A stretch of DNA of 29,512 bases. It comes from Octopus sinensis (taxonomy: Eukaryota). The position numbers and the translations under genes were made by a program. Location: NCBI RefSeq assembly GCF_006345805.1, contig NW_021832909.1, forward strand, positions 1-29,512, written 5' to 3'. How positions within the stretch are numbered: position 1 is the first letter of the stretch; each line of letters opens with the position of its first letter. Below the pieces are notes generated by a model, which was not told the DNA's origin, searched no databases, and worked only from the letters and a program-made list of their open reading frames with translations. Positions 21,781 through 29,512 of the stretch are shown here, in pieces.

Positions 21781-22117
21781 CGAATGTGTGTACGCATGTA
21801 TATACGTCTGTGTGCGTGTGTATGTTTAGATTATATTTTCTAGACGATATTCTAAGCGAGAATTAAATCATAGCCATCGCCTTGATATGCTTTTGATACA
21901 AGTGTTATCTACTTGGTTGATGTGTGTTTGTGTGTTTTTTTGGTGGGGTATGTGCGAGAGTTTTCTGTATATTATTTATAATCGGTAAAAAATTGCAAAA
22001 TTACAAAAGTGGGTCAAAGAGCAAGACTTTCGTACAGAACTCTCAGCAAAGTGGTCCGCGCCGTACGCGAAACTCTTAGCTCTTGAGTCACTTTTGCGCC
22101 TTTCAACCGATTAAAAC

Positions 22118-22119
<2 letters not shown>

Positions 22120-22170
<51 letters not shown>

Positions 22171-22318
22171 TATATTTGTACATATATATACATATATATA
22201 AATTTTCTATGTGTATATGTATGCATATGTATATACGCATGTATGTTTGTATGTACGTATGCCGAGAACTATTCTGCTTGCCTTATCAAATATATATATA
22301 TATAACATATATATTACA

Positions 22319-22349
<31 letters not shown>

Positions 22350-22443
22350 AATATATATATATATACATACATATTATATAATAATAATATATATATATAT
22401 ACATACACATATATATATATATATAATATAGATATATATACAT

Positions 22444-22484
<41 letters not shown>

Positions 22485-22900
22485 CATACATATATAATAT
22501 ATATAATATATATACATATACCATACATATACTATATATATATATGTATATATATATGTTATCTATATGTATATATAATATATATATATATACATATATA
22601 TAATATATATATAATATATATATATATACATACATAATATATATATATATGATATACATATATATATGCACATATATATATATATATACATATACATATA
22701 ATATATATATATATATATATACATATATATATGCACATATATATATTATATATATATACATATACATATATATATAGTATAGATATATATATTGTGTATA
22801 TATATATATATATATATATACATATATATATACATATATATATACATATATATATACATATATATATTATATATATATATATAATATATATATATGTATA
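22120..22900. repeat. Long degenerate (CA)n/(AT)n array
   Basis: Directly visible. Source of the YIYI ORFs. Confidence 0.95.
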
Positions 22901-24059
22901 TAGTTCATACTCTTATCTCCAATTCAGTCTGCTGTTTCAGTCTTTCTCCATTTCTCTGCCTTCCTTTATTTCTTCTCCCTCTCCGCCTCTCTCTTTCTCT
23001 TTCTCTTTCTCTTTTTCTCTCCTTCTTTCTCACACCACCTTCTCTACCCCTCTCCCCTCTCTCTCTTTCTCTTGTATATATGTTCATTATTTATATATGG
23101 CCTCGCACAAATGTTATTGTAAGAAAGCATCAGATCGCTGCCAGCCCTGTATGATGAAGCATTTGTATTGAAGATGGAAACTTTGCAAGAAAGCTTTATA
23201 TTCCATCAACTGAAACGGAGCCTTTTGTTTCGTCGTGAAATAAAGATCATATACAGCCGACGGCTGTTCAAGTTTACTCACCTAACTCGTCATAACTGCT
23301 ACTCATGTCTCTATGACGTAACAATGGCATAGAAAATTGATAATCTTTTGCTTAGGCAAAAAGCAAACAAGACCACAATGAAATTGTGTTACTTTGTAAA
23401 TAATTCGAGCTTTGATTGCCCCCGAAAATTATTGATTTTGCGTTTTATTTTGCTGAGGTGAAAAAAAATAAACAAGCAGTAAATGTATATTGTTTTTGTT
23501 GCTATTTTTTTTTTAACATTTCCTCGTTTGTAAAGCAGTTAATTGGCAGAATCTTTCGTATTTTTGATAGAATCCCTCACATTATCTATTCCGATTCTCA
23601 GCACACTGAGTTCGAATCCCGGTGAAGTCAGCTCAGCTCTCGGCGTCGATATCTAAAGCACTACATCAGCGATTGACGATGGATTGGTAGAACTTTTAAA
23701 GGGTCTGGCAAGATGTTTTGTAATATCTCCTTCGGCTTTTTTTTGGCCTTCTTGGGGTAACGCATCGGAAGACACTGGAGTCAAGCAATATCTGGTGGTC
23801 TTTCCATCCATTGATTAATTTCACATTTCTAAACTAACTATATGAAATACATTTGGAATAAAAGATAATATGATGGATTTTACATATGAATATTATGGAC
23901 TAGTGTAGAAGAATAACCAAGGAAGTATATATGGATTTAAAGACTCTCATCAAAAGCAGTACATTTTAATTTTTAATTTATCTGTCAAACAAACACTATT
24001 CTTTACTTCAAATCTTAAAAAAACTATCATTCGATATATTATACAGAATTCAAATTTTA

Positions 24060-24152
24060 TATCCCTGAAGAGCAGAAGCGTTGTCTATAAATGCTTATCA
24101 ATATAGGATTTCATTATAGGGACAACTCTTCTGTGAAACGATCGTAAGACGC
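24060..24152 (+). ncRNA. Hammerhead ribozyme motif with long helix II and palindromic helix III; helix I decayed
   Basis: CTGAAGA 24065-24071; helix II GCAGAAG/CTTCTGT extended by gttgtc-tata/tata-g-gacaac; GAAA 24135-24138; ACGATCGT 24138-24145; GUA triplet (A24146). Confidence 0.65.
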
Positions 24153-24513
24153 TTAAAAAATTAATTCAAAACTTTTAAACTGTCATATACATTATATATC
24201 TATACTTATACATATTTACATATATTTTTATACATATTTATATTTATTTAGTTATATATTTTTAATACAACAATTATTTTTCACATGTGTATATCTATCT
24301 GAGGGTTTTAATATTGATTTCCTAATATTATTAATGATATATTAGTAAAAAAATATATATGTATATAATCGATCGTATTAAATATATAAATACTTTAATA
24401 CTTTGATACAATAGAGCACTCAATATCAATTCAGTATATAATATTCTCATTGAATATATTTAACTAAAGATTTATATGTATATATATATGAACTTTTATA
24501 TACACTCATACAG

Positions 24514-24555
<42 letters not shown>

Positions 24556-24624
24556 GCAATATGTATAAAGGTACGTACCTATGATTACATATATATGTAC
24601 GTATTTATGAATATGTACGTATGC

Positions 24625-24661
<37 letters not shown>

Positions 24662-25175
24662 ATGCATACGTACATATTCATAAATACGTACAGATATATG
24701 TAATCATAGATACGTACCTTTATACATATTGCTGTATTTCGAGATGGTCATTTTTAATTCTTGACCAAATAAACACACGCACCATATATTCGTTCTTCAC
24801 TCGTTTATTACTGTTCTTATTCTAACTAATGCCCATTGTCCGGAAATCTTTCGTCACACGTCTGTCACCTCCTCAACAACATTTTCCTTCTTCGTGTGTG
24901 TTGAGATGCTTATTCCATTCTGTTCTATGATGTGTATCCTTATATGCGTATGCGTCTGTTTGTGTGTATTTGTGTACGTATGTGTATGTGTGTGTATACA
25001 TGTGTGTGTATACATGTGTGTGTGTGTCATTGTTCTTAGTAGCACTATGCCCCTCCCCCAGCCCCGTCCCCTACCCCGTTGCCGCTGCTGCTGCCCTTGA
25101 ACCCGACTTTTTGTACTGTTCTTGTAACCCACTGTGTTTGTGTGTTCGTCCACGCTGCTACCATCGTGGAAGTTG

Positions 25176-25207
<32 letters not shown>

Positions 25208-26231
25208 GGTAGTAGTGGTGGCTATTTATCCTTCAGAGCTAACTGCTTCTACCAGAGATTGTATTGCAGACTTGAGAGAAAGGATCCTAAATATAAACCA
25301 TTCTTGACCTGCAATTTATTACACTAACAACAACCCAGAGTAGCTTTTATAGATTCCCGAACAAGTATTCTTATATTCAGCACCGGTTCTTAGTAAATAA
25401 AAATTGACATCTCAGAAACGTGTAATTGTAATTGATGTTAATGTAGTACAGTGCTATTTATAATGGTTTCTTTTAAAAGCTCGGCGAAGGAGAGAAATAC
25501 GCAAATTCGTCCCATGCAGCACTCTGTGAAGGATTGTCTGCACATATTTAGTTGAAATGTGAAAGGTTTTGCTAATGCAATTCTCTCACCGCTGCATAAA
25601 GTTACTGAAGAAAAGTAATAAGTTAAAAGCTATTTTGCAGACGTAATTTCATTTTTGCTTCAAAACACGATAGAAAGTCGTTCTAACATTGCCGGGCTTT
25701 AGTTTTAGTTTAACATAAAAATTGTCAAACATAATGTAATTGGATTTACGTTGCAAGAGAATAATAACAATCCATCGTTTGCGAATGTATTCGTTTTAGT
25801 AATGTTGAAATATATAAACAAAGCATATTTATAAGTAACATCCAGAATCAGAAGAAACCAATGAAAGTTAGACTCAGTAAATCCAAGAGGGAAATGTGAC
25901 ACTTAAAGCAGATTAAGTTGCTGTGTGGGAACGAAATGATTCGCCATTTTGGGCAGAGGTTTTTTATGTTACTTTTGTGAGTCGTAACGTAGAATCGTTA
26001 AAATTCCGCATTTTCAAGATTAGTAGTAAATGGTCAGAGAGGCGACGCTCTGCAGCAGACACAATTCACTTCAAATTCAATTGATTAGAACTACACGATA
26101 TGAAGTGCTTTGCTCAACGATGCCATGCACTGCTAGACTCTGAGATTTAATTCGAAACCTTACGATATTAAATAAAGTAGACTTACCAGTAGGCCACGTG
26201 ACCTTTATTCTGGTCACGCGCTCTTTATTCT

Positions 26232-26449
26232 TATTTCTTTACTACCCACAAGGGGCTACACACAGAGAGGACAAACAAGGACAGACAAACGGATCAAGTC
26301 GATTATAACGACCCCAGTGCGTAACTGGTACTTATTTAATCGACCCCGAAAGGATGAAAGGCAAAGTCGACCTCGGCGGAATTTGAACTCAGAACGTAGC
26401 GGCAGACGAAATACGGCTACGCATTTCGCCTGGCGTGCTAACGTTTCTG
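26232..26449 (-). mobile_element. SINE family B, tail X, interrupted in its A-box region by the ORF1-only element
   Basis: Matches 9573-9790 but stops at cgtgctaacgtttctg, lacking the terminal ccagctcaccgcc. Confidence 0.9.
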
Positions 26450-28112
26450 ATTTCTTTATTACCCACTAGGGGCTACATAGAGGGGACATTACAAACATTG
26501 GGGACATAGAACATCACAATTACATATATATGAGCAAAATGGAATATGAAAATGATATATGAGAGTGATACCGACGGCCCCATCCGCCAGCATCACTTAT
26601 CTGTCCTTCTTCACCCATTTCCAATTAGTATCCTTGTTTTCCTATCACAACATTCGTTTTTCTTTTAGCCATCTCTATCCATTCATCTTTTCATTTCCAC
26701 TGACCTCAAACACACACCCTCTTCCTCAAACCTTCTCGCCAATATACCCGTATCATCACTATCCACAGCCGTGTAGCTACAATCTTCGTGTTCGTACCAC
26801 TTGGTTAACACCTGTTTTTTAACGTTTTGTATGTCTTTCCCATGTATAACACATAAAAAATGGGTCTGGGACTTTCTTTGCTCTGTGTGTCTGTTTTTTT
26901 GATTTCTTGTAGGCGGGGAGTGGGTGGAATCACTGTTTGCAGGGGAAGGATGGGACTCCAAGGGTATGGGTGGTGTCGGGGTGGGTTGGGGTTCGCCACG
27001 TTTTTCTTTTCTTTCTTTTCTCTTTGTTCCCCCTTCTTTCCACTCTTGTTGCATCTCTTCTTCTGTCGTTTCTTCTCTGTTGTTTCTGTTTATTTTCTTC
27101 CTCTCCTGAGGCTTCCTCAACGCTTTCCTTTTCTTTTTCCTTTGGTGGGGAGGGCAGTAGGCTCTTATGTGACCCCTTTGGCCACACTTGTAGCACCTGG
27201 GCGCCCTACCCTCCACCCACACTCTCATAATAATATTTCCAGTTTTTATGCTGTCCGTAATCCTCTCATAACATCCGCCTCCGTTTGAATGTTCATAACT
27301 ACGTAGTGTGGCACCTCTCACGCCTTCATACTTCATAATGGCGTGGAGGATGTCCACTTTATCTTCATTTCCTTTTATAACCGCAGCCGTTATTAATTCG
27401 CCCTCTAGGTGTGGAGGTATTCCTTCCACCCTAATTCTGGTTGTCCGCCTATTCAGATACGAGGGTAACAAGTAAAACTTTTCTGTACTCACCACCTTGG
27501 CTGCTACATTCCTGGCTACTTTTTCACTTTTAAATTGCACCGTTATGGTTCCGTATTGTAATCCTTTTGTCAAGTACACAATTTCCTCTCCTGTCTGCTT
27601 GAGAGCCTCTTCAATTGCTTCCATGTTAATTACTTCCATCTTTCTACCTCCATTCATAAATACTTTATATTTAATGGTTCTACGATGGAACCAGTCTCCG
27701 CGCCCTACTGGAGGCAGCAGCTCGACCTCTCCGTTCTCGTCCTCCTTCACAAACTCCTGGAGGCCCGTCAACTTAGCCAGGGTCTATCTCTCTTTCCATT
27801 GACTTCTTCGTTACACCTGCGTAGGTGCCTTCCATCTTTTTCACCGCCAACTCCTCCTCAGATGTCATACTTCCGTCGAAATTTCAGAGAAATTTCTCCC
27901 TTCCATCTCCTCCGTTTGATGGAGGCGGCTCATAATCGCCTCAGACCGAAAAACGGCCTCCCGAACCGAAAAAAGTGCAACGCGCAGAACCAGTGAAACG
28001 CGAAAACCGCATCAACTACGCAAAATTCACAACAACAACCATTCACTTTTGTTCTTTTTTACCGAATTTTCAGGAGCCGAAAAAAACACAACCGACGTCA
28101 AACGAAGTGGTG
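26450..28112 (-). mobile_element. ORF1-only (half-LINE-like) non-autonomous retroelement, copy 1 (1663 bp)
   Basis: CpG-rich 5' leader, single Gag/ORF1-like ORF, ~170-nt 3' UTR ending AATAAAGAAAT, no endonuclease/RT ORF. The 9-mer acgtttctg lies at both ends (26441-26449, 28113-28121). Confidence 0.8.
26625..27868 (-). CDS. LINE ORF1/Gag-like nucleic-acid-binding protein (RRM-like region, CX2CX4HX4C knuckle, charged and Pro-rich tail); 362 codons open at 26683-27771, true ends inferred across 1-nt indels
   Basis: CYKCGQRGHIRAYC at 27154-27195. TTRIRVEGIPPHLEGELI resembles the Tx1/L1-type ORF1 RRM motif. Copy 2 supports extension upstream to MTSEEELAVKKMEGTYAGVTKK (ATG 27868) and downstream to EWIEMAKRKTNVVIG. 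Confidence 0.8.
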
Positions 28113-28121
28113 ACGTTTCTG

Positions 28122-29512
28122 ATTTCTTTATTACCCACTAGGGGGTACATAGAAGGGACATTACAAACATTGGGGACATAGAACATCACAATTACATATA
28201 TATGAGCAAAAGGGAATATGAAAATGATATATGAGAGTGATACCGACGGCCCCATCCGCCAGCATCACTATCTGTCCTTCTTCACCCATTTCCAATTAGC
28301 ATTCCTTTCTTTCCTATCACAACATTCGTTTTTCTTTTAGCCATCTCTATCCATTCATCTTTCATTTCCACTGACCTCCAACACACACCCTCTTCCTCAA
28401 ACCTTCTCGCCAATATACCCGTATCATCACTATCCACAGCCGTGTAGCTACAATCTTCGTGTTCGTACCACTTGGTTAACACTGTTTTTTAACGTTTTGT
28501 ATGTCTTTCCCATGTATAACACATAAAAAATGGGTCTTGGACTTTCTTTGCTCTGTGTGTCTGTTTTTTTTGATTTTCTTGTAGGCGGGGAGTGGGTGGA
28601 ATCACTGTTTGCAGGGGGAGGATGGGACTCCAAGGGTATGGGGTGGTGTCGGGGGTGGGTTGGGGCTTCGCACAGTTTTTCTTTTTCTTTCTTTTTCTCT
28701 TTGTTCCCCTTCTTTCCACTCTTGTTGCATCTCCTCTTCTTCTGTCGTTTCTTTCTCTGTTTGTTTCTGTTTATTTCTTCCTCTCCTGAGGCTTCCTCAA
28801 CGCTTTCCTTTTCTTTTCCTTTGGTGGGGGAGGGCAGTAGGCTCTTATGTGACCCCTTTGGCCACACTTGTAGCACCTGGGCGCCCCTACCCTCCACCCA
28901 CACTCTCATAATAATATTCCAGTTTTTATGCTGTCCGTAATCCTCTCTATAACATCCGCCTCCGTTTGAATGTTCATAACTAGTGTGGCACCTCTCACGC
29001 CTTCATACTTCATAATGGCGTGGAGGATGTCCACTTATCTTCATTTCCTTTTATAACCGCAGCCGTTTTAATTCGCCCTCTAGGTGTGGAGGTATTCCTT
29101 CACCCTAATTCTGGTTGTCCGCCTATTCAGATACGAGGGTAACAAGTAAAACTTTTCTGTACTCACCACCTGGGCTGCTACATCCTGGCTACTTTTTCAC
29201 TTTTAAATTGCACCGTTATAGTTCCGTATTGTAATCCTTTTGTCATGTACACAATTTCCTCTCCTGTCTGCTTGAGAGCCTCTTCAATTGCTTCCATGTT
29301 AATTACTTCCATCTTTCTACCTCCATTCATAAATACTTTATATTTAATGGTTCTACGATGGAACCAGTCTCCGCGCCCTACTGGAGGCAGCAGCTCGACC
29401 TCTCCGTTCTCGTCCTCCTTCACAAACTCCTGGAAGCCCGTCAACTTAGCCAGGTCTATCTCTCTTTCCATTGACTTCTTCGTTACACCTGCGTAGGTGC
29501 CTTCCATCTTTT
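28122..29512 (-). mobile_element. ORF1-only element, tandem copy 2 (5' end beyond the window)
   Basis: Colinear with 26450-27840; period 1672 bp. Confidence 0.85.
28282..29512 (-). pseudogene. Frameshifted ORF1/Gag-like copy 2
   Basis: Fragments 29178-29507, 28448-28909 and 28282-28482 translate to pieces of the copy 1 protein; knuckle-encoding DNA at ~28834-28875. Confidence 0.75.

Noticed and set aside
21422-21866. 61-127 aa ORFs in SINEs (also 8017-8260, 8683-9096, 12419-12673, 18313-18876, 19898-20578)
   Set aside because: They lie within non-coding SINE copies; frames are not maintained between copies.
26860-27996. Plus-strand ORFs overlapping the Gag-like ORF (also 28530-29496)
   Set aside because: Antisense shadows of the purine-rich minus-strand ORF; not consistent between the two copies.

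Overview
AT-rich, repeat-saturated animal genomic DNA with no recognisable host protein-coding exon. The repeat spectrum suggests an Octopus-like cephalopod intergenic or intronic region (inference): huge (AT)n/(ATAC)n/(GATA)n/(ATT)n tracts, several tRNA-derived SINE families, and Penelope, CR1 and Tc1/mariner relics. Almost all ORFs in the track are microsatellite or SINE artefacts. The only substantial ORF is a LINE ORF1/Gag-like protein (RRM-like region plus CCHC knuckle) in a ~1.66 kb ORF1-only retroelement at 26450-28112, with a tandem second copy running off the window. This element has no ORF2, shares its ~40-nt 3' tail with a SINE family, sits inside the tRNA-like head of that SINE, and has the same 9-mer at both junctions. 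The SINE also nests into its own head at fixed sites (9240-9803, 12181-12618), and a third element with a related tail sits in a GATA tract. Together these suggest a non-autonomous SINE plus half-LINE system served by an RT not present in this window. The window also holds type I hammerhead ribozyme folds of the Penelope type (114-172; an inverted pair at 6133-6515; 24060-24152), an internally deleted mariner, Tc1 and maT-like fragments, a head-to-head CR1 relic whose 3' end matches a second SINE family's tail, and several long fold-back hairpins. All alignments and translations were done by eye; no database search was run.
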